This document shows, piece after piece, positions 50,921 through 63,960 of a stretch of 64,000 nt of DNA (position 1 is the stretch's first letter; every line of letters starts with the position of its first letter). The stretch covers positions 179,738,001 through 179,802,000 of the forward strand of contig NC_133622.1 in the NCBI RefSeq assembly GCF_048593235.1. The letters run 5' to 3'. Position numbers and translations under genes: made by a program. This stretch comes from Sminthopsis crassicaudata (Eukaryota). Below the pieces are notes generated by a model. The model saw only the letters and a list, made by a program, of their open reading frames with translations, did no database searches and had not been told where the DNA came from.

Positions 50921-52044
50921 ATATACCATTTATTAAGTGTTTACTATGCAATCAAGCATGTGGTATAACCTCAACACTCTATCATTTTGAATGAACCTCT
51001 TGTGAACTCTCTCTCAAGATAATCAAAGCCCTTCCTCCTAACCTGTAGCCTGAACTACTGCAATGACCCCCTAGCTTACATTATCTCCCCTTACTCTCTA
51101 CACAGTTGCTAAAGAGATTTTTTCTGTTACTCGTCTACTCAACACATTCTAATGGCTTATAGCCTTTAGAATCAAATAGAAAATCTTCGGATGTCTTTTA
51201 TAACCAGACCCAATCTACTTTTGCTATCTTTTCCCATGCCTGGAAGCTATCCATTTCTTGGCTTTGTCTTTTAGCACTCCCCATTTCTTTTAAAGCTCCC
51301 AGTTCAGGTGTTACCCAGTCTTTCCTGATGCCTCCAGCTATTCCCATTCCATCTTATTTCCAACAAAAACCAACAATGACAAACCAGAACACTTAAGCCT
51401 GGAATCATTATATCTATACTTACATATGCACACATCTTCCCCATGGAGAATGGAAGCTCCTGGATAGTAGGAGTTACTGGATAAATCCTTATTGATTGAC
51501 TGAGAACTGAACATAATGCTTTAAATAAGGTTGTAGCATGAAGCACATAGTACTGTGCTACATGCAGCATCCCAAGTCTGAGAACCAAACTCCAGAGAAG
51601 CCCAGTCTTCTCATGTGGCATTCTATATCTATTATCCTTTGCAGAGCTATTATGAACCAGTTATTATTTGGATTCATTTCCTGTGATGAACAAATTCTCG
51701 CCAATGCTTAACTCTCCCCATCCTAGTGATGGTGAATCCCTGGCTACTTGTGGGAAATCCCAGCTGTCACCCTAGAGCCCCTACTCTCTCATTTCCATCT
51801 ACCTCACGCACATGCCCTCCCTTTTCCACTTCCTATTCCAGCTCTGTCCTGTGGCATCTGAAATCAAACCATCTTCTTTTGACTTGGAATTCTTCTATCT
51901 TTTGGCATTCACCGACATCTAGATTCTACAGACGATACTTTGCCACTCTGTCTAATACTGGCTTCACATCTCTCCCAAGATATCTCGGGGTACTGGCTAG
52001 ATTTCTTTCTTAAGGACCATAGAGAAATTCCTTTCTTCAATTGC

Positions 52045-52310
52045 TATCCAGCCTTAATCATGGAATGGGTGCAGCCTCAGTCAAACTGAGACCTGTTGAA
52101 GATTTAACTTAAAAAGACCAGTCTCCCTCTGCACCATCTCCACTTGTCCTGATCTATATCTGGCCACTGGACCCAGAGGGCTCTGAAGGGGAAGGTGAGG
52201 CAAGTGACCTCACACAGCCTCCCTCACTTCAATCCAACTCACGTGCATGTCATGCCATCATCTCCCTGATGTCCTGGTCTTCTTTGAGAACCAAGCACAA
52301 ACAACAACAT
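52045..52310 (-). mobile_element. RTE-related SINE (WALLSI/RTESINE-like)
   Basis: Same family as the copy at 18803. Confidence 0.7.
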
Positions 52311-52572
52311 ATCCTAAATAAAATGATCTTGGCTGAGGAATAGACAAATTTCTTATTCAAATGACCATTTACAGATCCTCCCTCTGCCACTCACTAAAGT
52401 TATCAACCTCTCTTTCTTTGAGTCACTTGTTTAAATAACATCACACAACCCAAAACCTAGTAACTATTCTCTACCAGCCTCACCCTATCTTTCTAGTTTG
52501 CAGTCCTGTTTGCCACCAAACCCTGGCTATTAAAAGAGTATGATGTGTATTTCCTTCAAATATGTTAGTATC

Positions 52573-53285
52573 TGGGCTTATATCCCAAAAAAATACTAAA
52601 GAAGGGAAAGGGACCTGTATGTGCCAAAATGTTTGTGGCAGCCCTCTTTGTAATGGCTAGAAACTGGAAAATGATTGGATGCCCATCAATTGGAGAATGG
52701 TTGAGTAAATTGTGGTACATGAATGTTAAGGAATATTATTCTTCTGTAAGAAATGACCAGCAAGATGAATACAGAGAGGCTTGGAGAGACTTACATCAAC
52801 TGATGCTGAGTGAAACGAGCAGAACCAGAAGATCATTATACACTTCAACAATGATACTGTATGAAGATGTATTCTGATGGAAGTGGCTATCTTCAACAAA
52901 GAAAAGATCTAATTCAGTTCCAGTTGATCAATGATGGACAGAATCAGCTACACCCAGAGAAGGAACACTGGGAATTGAGTGTAAACTATTTGCACTATTG
53001 TCTTTCTACCCAGGTTACTTTTACCTTCTGAATCTAATTCTTACCGTGCATCAAGAAACTCGGTTTTACACACATATATTGTATCTAGGATATACTGTAA
53101 CACATGTAACATGTATGGGATTGCCTGTCAACTAGGGGCGGGGGTAGAGGGAGGGAGGAAAAAATTCGGAAAAGAAGTGAGTACAAGGGATAATGCTGTA
53201 AGAAAATTACCCAAGCATATGTAATGTCAAAAAATTATAATTATAAAAAAAAAAAAGAAAGAAAGAAAAAAAAAAAAAAAAAAAA
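52573..53285 (+). mobile_element. 5'-truncated L1 of a different 3'-UTR subfamily, long A-tail
   Basis: ORF2 tail MFVAALFVMARNWK; its 3' UTR differs from the other copies; possible TSD g(t/c)tagtatc. Confidence 0.9.
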
Positions 53286-54234
53286 GCTAGTATCATGGTT
53301 CCCCAATGTGTGGGCACCTCACACATTATGAATTCCTTTTCTTTGCCAGCCTACAAACATTCCATTTCTCCCAATGCTAAACCTAAACCATTCTTTGTCC
53401 TCATCATAATCTCATCTCCTTTTGCCTTCTTTCTTTTCTTACCAATCTTGACCCAAAAATATAGTTAACCAGTTCATTCCACACTATCCTCTCCTCTCTA
53501 ATTTCTTGGCCCCTGGTCTTATCTACATGCCTTATCAAACCCAATCCCAGATTACTTCCACCACATTTACATATGCATACATGTAACATTTAATATCTCC
53601 TTTTAAAAAAAAAAAATCTTGAGTGTTGTTTTTTATATCAACTTCATTTCTGAATAAATCTATTCTCCTTCCCTTGCCCTAAACATATACAAAACACACA
53701 CATTCTGAACCAGCCCTTTTAATAAAAAGGACAAAGAGGAATGAAACAATTCAGTGATACTAGCTAAGACCCCAGGCCTATAATGTTCTATTTTTTTCCC
53801 CTCATGTTAATTAATTCTCCCACTTCCCCACACTACTTATGATCCAAGAACTTTCAATCACACCATATGGTAGCACTAAGTTCACTAAAAAAGTTTTTCT
53901 TCCAGTATTGCCTTTAAGAACTGACCGAATAAATCCGTGCATTCATTGGCCAAGCATATCATGCATGACTTTTAAGTAATGTTCAAAGATTGCTTTAAGA
54001 TGCTAGATAAGTTTACAAAGTCTAAAGTACATATTTTTAGACTCAGTTTGGATATATGGAAGAGATCTGGCTTGTTATGCTCTCTATGTGACCTCGGTCA
54101 AAGCATTAACCTTTCAAAGTTTCAGTTTAGTCTGTAAAACAAGGGGTTTGGATTAGATGAAATCTTTACCCTTCTAATGATTCCTTCCCTGCTGCCTAAA
54201 TATACCCAGCATGTTCATCTTTAAGAAAACTTTT

Positions 54235-54735
54235 CCTGGAACCATATGTGCAAAAATGTTTGTAGCAGCTCTTTTTGTAGTGCCAAGAAACTGGAAACGT
54301 GAGTGGATGCCCCATCAGTTGGAGAATGGCTGAATAAGTTATGGTGTATGAATATTATTGTTCTTTAAGAAACAATCAGCAGGATGATTTTAGAGAGGCT
54401 TGGAGAGACTTACACAAACTGATGCTGAGTGAAATGAGCAAAACCAGGAGATCATTGTACATGGCAATAACAAGACTACATAATGATCAATTCTGATGGA
54501 TGTGACTCTCTTCAACAATGAGATGATTCAAACCAGTTCCAATTGTTCAGTGATGAAGAGAGCCATCTACACCCAGAGAGAGGCCTGTGGGAACTGAGTG
54601 TAGACCACAACATAGTATTTTCTTCACTTTGTTGTTTGCTTGCATTTTATTTTGCTTCTCTTTTTTTTTTCTTGTGCAGCATGATAATTGTATAAATATG
54701 TATACATATGTTGGATTTAACATATATTTTAACCT
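54235..54735 (+). mobile_element. L1 3' fragment
   Basis: catatgtgcaaaaatgtttgtagcagctc..., with internal deletions. Confidence 0.85.
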
Positions 54736-55319
54736 ATTTTCCCCCCACTCACTCAGTCACCATCCCAATTTGACTCTTGATTGGATAGTTTCATAATTGG
54801 AACCCTCAGCTCCAGTCCCTCACTTTTTCCAGCAAAATCTTCCAAGTAGTTACCAAAACAGCATCTGACAGCCTAGGTTAGGCCATACCATTCCCCTGCT
54901 CAATAAATTCTAGTGGCTCCCTATTTGCTCATTCTCGAATACAATTTAAAAAACTTCTGTTTAATACAAAACACTTTTCAGAGTCTAACTCCAATCTATC
55001 TTTCCAGAATTATTAATCATCACTTCTCCTCCCACACTTAGGGTTCTTGTGCTCTCGTTTATATACAATATCCCATACAGAGAGGGCAGACATGGGGTAT
55101 TTTTCTGGTTCTAGAATGCTTTCCCTCCTAATATCCCTCCTCAAAAGCCCTAGCTTCTTTTGCAGTTCATGAGTTACATGAGACCTTTCCTCTCATCCTC
55201 CACAATTATCTAGCATTATATTTATTCCAATCTTGTAGATGCTCACAAGGTCCATTTTATTCCTGCTTCCTGACAAAAGAAAGGAAAGCGGAACTAGCAA
55301 CCTTTTTGTTCTGGACAGG

Positions 55320-55790
55320 GATGATGCACAGTCCAAATCCCATTAGCAAGCACAGTCCAAATCCCATTAGATTTTCAGGTTCCTCAGTAGTACTGCTGGC
55401 CTATACTGCATTTGGTGTCAGTCTGTTTTGAACCTACCTGAGAGACTCACAATATGGAAAATCTCACCCCCAATACAAACTAGTCTCATCTTGTAAGGAT
55501 CCTTTAAATGGGCGGCCACAGTGTAACAGGAGATTGAGTGGGCTGGCTGTGTATGTGACCTCACAGGTCCTTTATAAGCCCACTGCAGTTAGCAAGTCGC
55601 TCTCTTTAACTTGGCTCCCTAGCCTGGGCAATCTGATGGATATCCAAGAGAGGTAAGGAGTTTGGTAGTGAACACCTGGTCCTTCTTTGTATCCATTGCA
55701 ACATATAGGCTTTAGAGGGTTACCAAGGACACGGAGAGGTAAAGGGGCACAGAGTCACTCCAAACTTGTGGAAGTTCATTCATTCTTTCA
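55320..55790 (+). mobile_element. LTR-like element, antisense to TNKS
   Basis: GTGACCTCA followed by TTTATAAG at 55571; downstream AG|GTAAGG donor; 24-bp period duplication at 55326 and 55350; resembles the element at 21306. Confidence 0.5.
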
Positions 55791-55817
55791 TTCCCTCTTC
55801 CTCTCCCTCTCCCTCTC

Positions 55818-55983
55818 TTTCTTTCTTTCTTTTTTTTTTTTTTTTTGGCTGAGGCAATTGGGGTTAAATGACTTGCCCAGAGTCACACAGCTAGGAAGTA
55901 TGAAGTGTCTGAGGTCACATTTGAACTCAGGTCCTCCTGAATTCAGGACTGATGCTCTATCCACTGCACCACTTAGCTGTCCC
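55818..55983 (-). mobile_element. WSINE1-type SINE
   Basis: Reverse complement of the 17108 and 34876 family, with a T-tail. Confidence 0.88.
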
Positions 55984-56319
55984 ACTCCTGACCCATACCA
56001 AGTGCTGTCCAACCACGTAATTGTGAAATGTTCCACAAAATACTCATACAAGATAAATAAATTTGGGGTTTTCTAAATTAACATGCATCATTTTCTATTT
56101 GAATTTGACACCACTACCTTATACCACACTGCCTTTTTTGGCCATTCTAGTCTACTACCACAAATAATAACAGTTAACATTTATATAGCACCTTTTATAT
56201 GCATATGTGTTCATCTCAGAGCCCTAGCACATAGGTGCTTATTATTAAGCACCATTAATAATTATTATTAACCTCATTTTTAAGGATAAAGAAACAGAAG
56301 CAAAGAGGTGAAGTCAAAT

Positions 56320-57120
56320 CAATTAGTAATCTTTTAAGTACCTACCATGGGTCAGGCATTATGCTAAGCACTGCTGCTACACTGAATGAATGAATGAATG
56401 AATGAATGAATAAGTAAGTAAGTAAGTAAATATCAAAACATAGTCCCTGTCCTCAAGGAGCTTACAATATAATGGAGGAGCCAACAAAGAAACGAGTACA
56501 AAGTAAGTTCCATGCAGGATAAATAGTAAAATTAACAGAGGGAAGTCACTACATTAAAGAGAGGTTCAGAAAGCTTCTTGAAGATGGAATTTTAGTAGGG
56601 ACTTGAAGGAAGCCAGAGAAAACAGTAGGCACAAATGAGAATGGAGAACATTCCAAACATGGAAGTAGCCACAGAAAATACCTGAAGTGAGAAATGGAAC
56701 AGTTAAAAGCCAGTGTTACTGAATCAAAGAAAAGGGAGAATAAGATGTAAGACTGGAAAGGGCTTTGCATACAGAATAGAACATTTTGTATTTGATCCTA
56801 GATGGGAACAGGGAGCCAGTGGAGTTTATTAAGTAGTAATGTGATATGAATGGATGTGTTTTAGGAAAAATCACTTTGCTGGCTGAATCTGGAGGATAGA
56901 CTGGAATGGGAAGAGACTTAAGGGAGGGAGCCCCACCAGCATAGTATTGTAGTCAATGAGGTGATGGGGGCCTGAATTTGCGTGGTGGCAGTAACAAAGG
57001 GAGGGAAGAGAGCATGTTTGAGATACTAGTATGGTAAAGTCAATAAGGCATCTTTGTAATCTCTTGGATCTGGGAGTAAGATAGAGTAAAGAGTCTGGGA
57101 TAACTCCCAAGTTGAAAGTC
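56320..57120 (-). mobile_element. L2 fragment containing a (GAAT)n(AAGT)n repeat near 56383-56430
   Basis: Reverse L2 3' end; simple repeat read directly. Confidence 0.7.
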
Positions 57121-57749
57121 AGGGGAATTAGAAGATGAAGAGACTTGTTTAAGGTCCCTCAGTTTGTCAAATGTCTGTCTGAGGCTAGACTTAAGCTCAG
57201 GTCTTCTGACTCCAGGCCAGACCTGGTGTATTACCAAAATGGGGAGCTCAGAATAAAAGCTGCTGCCCAAGCTTGGGCCTTGCCCACTCTCATACTCATA
57301 CAGTGTAGAATGGGATCTTCGCTGCTAGTACTCTGCCCTATTTAGGGCTGCTACACTCAATAATCTGGCCTGTCAGCTTGATAGCATCATTCAGGGTGCT
57401 AACCCTCCAACCCTAGCTGTGTGTAATAAATGATAGAAATCCCTCCATCTGGTTCCTGGTAAAAATGCCACTACTCCAGGGCCAACAAATCTGGAAGCCT
57501 CCTGTTAGAGACCTCCCTTCAAGTTCAAGTGGATTCCTTTCAAAGGCACTTTCCTCCTTTGAATACTTAGAACCAGATATCTTTCTAATGACATAATGCA
57601 TATTGATTTTTACTAAAACTGTGTATAGGCACTTTCTCATGGCTGTAACCTCCTCGAGGGATAGGTATCAATCTTATTCATCTTTATAGCCTCCAAAGCA
57701 CCTTGAACAAAATTGACTCTCAAAGAGTTGAAAGAATAACCAATCCTAT

Positions 57750-58290
57750 GGTGACTAGCTTAGGCAACTTCAGAAGAGCTCGAGTAACAAGGGCCAAAAT
57801 TAGAAATACTGCTCAGGACAAGACTAATCAGGGTAGTTGAAATATTATACCCAATTCAAAGCCAGAATTCAGAAATATTTCAAAAAGGGTAATTTAAGTG
57901 GAAAAACTCACATATCTCACTCAAGTAGCAAATCACTAAAGAATTAAGAGGGCCCAGGGACATGGATGTCACATTGTCAAAAGGCATTCCATCTTTCAGA
58001 GAAAAACATTTTATAGACCCAAAGCAATAGATATAAAAAACAGAATACAAATACTACAATATTAACAACAGCAGATAGTACTTATTAAGTCATCCAAAAT
58101 ATAGTCACATCTAAAGTTCTTTAGAAACCTCAAAATCCTAAGGACTATGCAGGTTCCATCAGAGGTTTGGCAGTCTATAAATAGGGGCTGCACAGATCAA
58201 CAGGGCCTTCAGTACTCTGATTCAGTGAAGGATTTACATACCTTGATAAGAGCAAGAACTGCAGGCAAGATTTTCTCTGTATAGATAAGA
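57750..58290 (+). mobile_element. Old L1 ORF2 endonuclease-region fragment
   Basis: A-rich decayed L1 body; family from memory. Confidence 0.5.
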
Positions 58291-59144
58291 GCAGTTACTA
58301 TAAAACACTATATGAATCATTTATATAAACGCCTAGACTGAAAACTGGTATGCAAAACTGCTATTTTGAGGATTTTCTTTTTTAAATAAAAAAATATACT
58401 AGCAATCTGTAGATGGTGCTAACATTCAAAAGTCATTGTTCTAAGTTTCTATTAAAATTCATGTGCATCTCATACTCCATCTAAAAATCAAAGTAGAAAC
58501 CTCTGGGAAGAAGGGGAAGACCTTTTCCTTTTTCCACTGCTCTGCTTTGCCTTTCCTATCAAGTGTTTAACAGAGTAGCATGTTTTTTTGTTTTTCCTTT
58601 TGTTGGTGCATCCCCAGTGATTTAAGGCAGAAACATGAGAACATCAGGGCATTTAATACGTGTTTATAGAACTAGTTCAGAAACAATGTTTATAGATTCA
58701 GTATGTCAGAATTGCTACTTTTTTCAGCTTTATAGATGAATTCACAATTGATAGTCAACTATGTGTTTCGCTACAAACTGCTCTTTTGTGTTTTTTTCCA
58801 AACCCAGAAGGTCCAGAAAGAGAATACTTAACTTTAGTGACCTATAATTAAAAAGATCTGTTTCTGATTCATATTCCATTTCTCTTTGTCTCTGACCTCC
58901 CCCAATTATTTTTTTTTTCATTCCTTCTAATACCTCCTTCATGAACCTTAGTTGGTGCAATTTATTTATAACTAATTTTTCACTGACCCTATTCTCCCTT
59001 TAAATCCCCTCCATTTCCCTATTGGGCTTAATGTATTTTTAAATGTGTGAATTCAATCCTCTTTTGTGTGATTCAGATAAAATGATCATGAGATGTCCAT
59101 TTCCCCAATTCTTCCTCTATGTTCATATTTTTATTTACTTGCAA

Positions 59145-59580
59145 TGCAATTAGGATTAAGTGACTTGCCCAGCATCATTATTGTTGTTCTTGTTTGTCCT
59201 TAGTTCTGGAAGAGGACCATGACATCAGGGAGGTGATACTATGACATGCAAATGAATTGGATTGAAGTGAGGGAGGGATGGGCAAGGTCATCTGCCTCAC
59301 TTTCTCTTTCAGGGCCATCTGGGTCCAGTGGCAAGACACAGATCAGGATGACTGGAGATGGTCCTTGATGCTTGGGAAATCTTGGCCTTTTTAAACTAAA
59401 GTCTTCAGTAGGTCTCAGTCTGACTGAGGCTGTACCCATTCAATGATTAAGGCTAGGTAACAATTGAGGCAAAGAATTTCCTCTGCCCAGGGTCATATAG
59501 CTATTATTCTAAGGTCAAATTTGAATTTAGGTCCTCCTGACTCCAGGTCAGTACTCTATTCACTATGCCACCTAGCAGCC
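59145..59580. mobile_element. Minus-strand CORE SINE split by a plus-strand RTE-related SINE (59179-59483)
   Basis: Flanks tgcccagcatcat (59166-59178) and tgcccagggtcat (59484-59496) look like a 13-bp TSD. Confidence 0.7.
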
Positions 59581-59589
59581 CCTTGTCTC

Positions 59590-60460
59590 ATATATTTTTA
59601 AAGATGTTCTTCTTCCTTTTCTTCTCTTTTTTGCTATAATCCTTTTTCTCTCCCTTCCCTTCTTAAGACCATCAAAAGAAAACAAAATTAGTTCCAGATC
59701 TTTTTGTTAATTTTATTGAACTTTTTGTCAACCTTTTTTAACCTTGTAACATCAGAATTCTGGATATTTGCTTATTCTCCTCCATTAGGATGTATAAACA
59801 TCTTCCAAATGCATCTATTGTTAGCATTATTTTCTTTTCACAACTTTACTTACATTTCAAAGCTTCCTCTCAATTTCAGACCCTTCATCAAGTATGCCAG
59901 AAACTCATTTTTACTTACAGATAAATTTTCCCCCATGTTGGAGTATATCCAGTTTTGCATAGTTATTCTGGATTTAAAACATTTATATTTTGCCTTTTAT
60001 AATATCAAATTCAGATGTTTCTTTTCAATAAAGAAAATGTGGTAAATGCCAAGTCTTGAGTGATCTCAACTCTGGTTCTATAATGCTTCAACTCTTTCTT
60101 TCTGGCTGTAGTTTTTTGTTTTGTTTTTTTTTTTAATCTGGAAACTCTGGGGGTTCAGATGTTATTGAGGGTTTTCACAGAATTACATTATGTTTGACCC
60201 ATTCTAATGTTCATATTTACTACCCTCTGCTTTAAACTATTAATTCTCCTTCATATTATTTTATTTTCCTCCTTAGCTCTCATTTTTGTAGGCTTGATGA
60301 ACTGGTTATTCTTTGTCTCCAAAACTTGTCTCTCTTGTTCTTTTTTTTTTTTTTTTTTAAATAACTATTTCTTAATTGTGTTGGGCATTTTGAAGAAAAC
60401 AGAAGTATTGATTCACATCCTCAGCCTCAATCTGTGATTCAAGGCTCTGAGCATAGGTCA
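59590..60460 (-). mobile_element. Old L1 ORF1-region fragment
   Basis: T-rich reverse L1 5'/ORF1 sequence. Confidence 0.5.
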
Positions 60461-60926
60461 AAACTCTGTTCTCTCCTTTACTTTTAGATAGTCAGGCACT
60501 GCTTATTGACACTTGGAACTAGATGGCTAGCCTAAGACCAGGCCTTGTCTTTTGCTGGAACATATGGTTTGGGGCTCAGTCATTGGCCTTTCTTTGTATC
60601 ACCAGTCCTTAGCATGGCACCTGGCACACAACAGTTACCTAATAAATGCTCGTTGACTGATTGACTAGATTTAAGTTTTGGCTTCTCTCCTTCTGTCTAC
60701 TTCTCTTTACATAGTTCCCAATCTATCCCTTGCTATGGACAAGCTCGATCAGACATTGCTGATTATTCTGGCAGCAGGCCTCCTAGAAGACTCAAGGTGC
60801 TTTGTTTCCCAGGAATCCCACTGTTGCTCTAGTGTGGCTGCCTGGATTCTGGCTTAGCCCTATCTCCTTCTGGGGAGGGGTGGTTTCAAGCTCACACACT
60901 GCCTGTGTACTTGTCTCACTTTAGAG

Positions 60927-61094
60927 CAGGGGTTCTCAAACTACGGCCTACGGGCCATATGCAGCCTGCCGGATTATGGCAAATGGGCTGAGGGGTGGGG
61001 ACAGTGTGAGTTTTTGTTTTTACTATAGTCCGGTCCTCCAACAGTCTGAGGGACAGTGAACTGGCCCCCTATTTAAAAAGTTTGAGGACCACTG
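60927..61094 (+). mobile_element. Non-autonomous hAT transposon, OposCharlie1 (OC1)-like MITE, 168 bp
   Basis: 16-bp TIRs CAGGGGTTCTCAAACT and AGTTTGAGGACCACTG (14/16 match); flanks ctttagag and ctagag fit a decayed 8-bp TCTAGA-type TSD; the internal sequence matches recalled OC1 non-autonomous consensus. Confidence 0.8.
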
Positions 61095-61959
61095 CTAGAG
61101 CCTCTGCATATTGCTGACAATAGTAATTTCTACTCTATCTTGAGTAGTAACTTAGAAGGTATTTTTAAGTTCCTGTATCCTTATTCATCATCTTTCTTCA
61201 TTACAATGCCTGGAGGAGAAGAATCCTTCTCCCTAACCAATGTTCAATTATCCAACGAGATTCGGAGCAAAAATTATGCTGGATTTAGAATGGAAAGAAA
61301 GGGTTTGAAGTATGACTGAACCACTACTACCTGTATATTTTCAGAAAGTCTTGTGATTTCCCTGGGTCTGTTTTCTCAATTTGTAAAATGAGGCTGTACT
61401 GGGTGACCTCTTGGATTAATTGCCAAATTCAGTCTATTTTAATTCTACAACATCTCTGCTCCTCTGTCTCTCTCTAGCTACTCAGTCATTACCAAGTTTA
61501 TCTTTTCACCTGAATGATTGCAGTAACCTAATTTCCCTTCCTGCTTCCAATATCCTATTTAAGACTGTGTCAGCTCTCCAACTTTTCAATATGCTTTGTG
61601 GTATCCCTTTAAAGTAGTAATCACTTAAAGAAGCACACCAACTATAAATAAAAGGGATATGTGTTCAAAAGAAAACTGTCTGCTTCCATGCAGTTATACT
61701 ATCACTAGAGCTTCTTCGTAATTTCTGAACAGAAAAATAAGAAAAATTTGTAAGTGCTCTTTAGGCCAAGATACTGTGCAAAACTGATAAATGCAAAGGA
61801 TGAAATAATAAATATTACTCCTTTCTAGAGCAAAAGTTCAAGTGTTTCAAAGAGAAGATTAAAAAAAAAAAATGAACTTTTAGTCACTTACCTAAATATA
61901 CCAGTGTATGTTTTAAAGAATTAAGTATGCCTTGATTCCATGTTGTTTTTCTGTCCTTT

Positions 61960-62160
61960 TGATCATGATATTTTGTGACCTTATTTGAGATTTTCTTTAC
62001 AGAAATACTGGAGTAGTTTGCCTTTTCCTTCTGCAGCTCATTTTAAAGATGAGAAAACTGAGTCAAAAAGGGTTAAGTGACTTGCTCAGGATCACACAAG
62101 AAAACTGGAGTCTTCTCCACTCCAGCCTTGGCAGTCTATCCATTGCACCACCTAGCTGAT
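61960..62160 (-). mobile_element. MAR1-type SINE
   Basis: tactggagtagtttgccttttccttc...gggttaagtgacttgctcagg...ccacctagctg. Confidence 0.7.
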
Positions 62161-62559
62161 TGATTCCACAATAATAAAGATTAAAATTATTCATTTCCCA
62201 CTAGAATGCCATTCTACTAATTTTGATGGGAATCTTTCTAACACATATTTAATAAGAAGACTTGAGTTCCCATACTGGCTACAGTTACTGTTGGTATGAC
62301 CTCATTTAAGTCCTAACTTTCTTTGTATCACTTCTTTTGTCTTTGAAATGGTTTGAAGGGTAAATTTTCTTATACTGCTAAAATGCCATAATGTCAGGCC
62401 ACTGAACATTTATTAATCATTTACTGAGTTCTTCTTCCTTCCTTCTTCCCTCCTCTTTCATTATATATAAGTCTTCAGGTATGCTTTATTACTAGTAGGT
62501 TTTTATTATACATTAGTAAGAATAATGTTGGTCTGTCTATTTGGTTCTGTTTATATTTC

Positions 62560-63960
62560 TTGACAATTGTAGAAAACACATTACAGAACCAAGAAAAATA
62601 AAGTTGAGAAAACAACGATTCAATTTGTACTCAAGAGTCTACCAGTTCTCTCTCTGGAAATGGATAGCAATTTTTATCATGAGTCTTTCTAAATTGTCTT
62701 AGACTGTTGTATTATACTTCTCACAATTGATCGTACTGCTATTGTATATAATGATCTATTCTGCTATTCATTTTGCATCAGTTCATATACATCTTCCCAA
62801 GTTTTCCTAAAATTAATTTCCTCACCATTTCTTTTAACAAAATAGTATTCCATCACAATCATATACAGAACTTGTTCAGTCAGTCCCCAACTGATGAGTA
62901 TCCTTTGAATTTCTAATTCTTTGCCACCACAAGAAGAGCTGCTATAAATATTTTTCATGAAATATCCATTTTCCCCTGAATAACTACACTTGGATTTACT
63001 GGGAGGGTGATTCTTGGTTGTAATCCCTACTCTTTTGCCTTCTAGAATATTCCAAGCCTCTACTCCTCTAACATGGAACCCACTAAATCTTGTGTGATCC
63101 TGATTGTGATTCTACAATACCTGAATAATTTCTACCTGGTTGGTTGTAATATTTCCTTCTTGATTCCTTCTGGAATTTTGCTTTAACCTTTCTGGGAGTT
63201 TTCATTTCATGATCTCTTTCAGGATGTGATGGGTAGATTATTTCGATTTTCTATTTTATCTTCTGAACCTAAGAATCAAGGGTAGTTTTCCTTTACAATC
63301 TTGAAGTATTTCTAGTCAGTCTCTCTGTATCCTTCTTTAATGAGGGACTTCAGATATTTCGATAATTCTTAAATTATCTTTCCTTAATAATTTATCCTCC
63401 TTAAATTGTCTCTCATGACCTGTTTTCCAGGTCAGTTTCCCCTCCCCCCCCAATGATATAGTTCACATTTTCTTTTATTTTTTCTTTTGATTTTGTTTTA
63501 TTACTTCTTGATGTCTCATAGCATTATAGCTTCTACCTGCCCAGTTTTAATTTGTAAGGAATTATTTACTTCAGTGAGTGTTTGTACCCTCCTTTTCCAT
63601 TTGGCCTATTCTGCTTCTGAAGGAGTTCTTTTCTTCAGCGAGTTTTGTGCTTCTTTTCCCATTTAGCCAATTCTGTTTTGTTTTGTTTTTTTAAACTGTT
63701 ATTTTCTTCAATTTTTTTTTATTCTCTCTCTTTTTTAAAATCAAACTATCAATTTTCTTTTCATAACTTTCTTACATTACTCATTTCATTTCCAAATTTT
63801 TCCTCTGTTACTATTATTTCTTCCTTTAATTCTTCCAGGAATTCTTATTAAGGTATGGTCCAATGAATTTTTCTTTAAGCCTTTGCTTATAACTGTTTTC
63901 ACATAGTTTTATCTTCTGAGTTTGTGTGGATCTTCCCTATCCCTACATAGTTATTAGGGC
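62560..63960 (-). mobile_element. L1-derived element: ORF1-region sequence joined to an L1 3' end (HAL1-like or internally deleted L1)
   Basis: 62560-62960 is an ORF2 tail plus 3' UTR (LYMIVMEYY...); 62960-63960 is ORF1-like reverse sequence. Confidence 0.55.
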
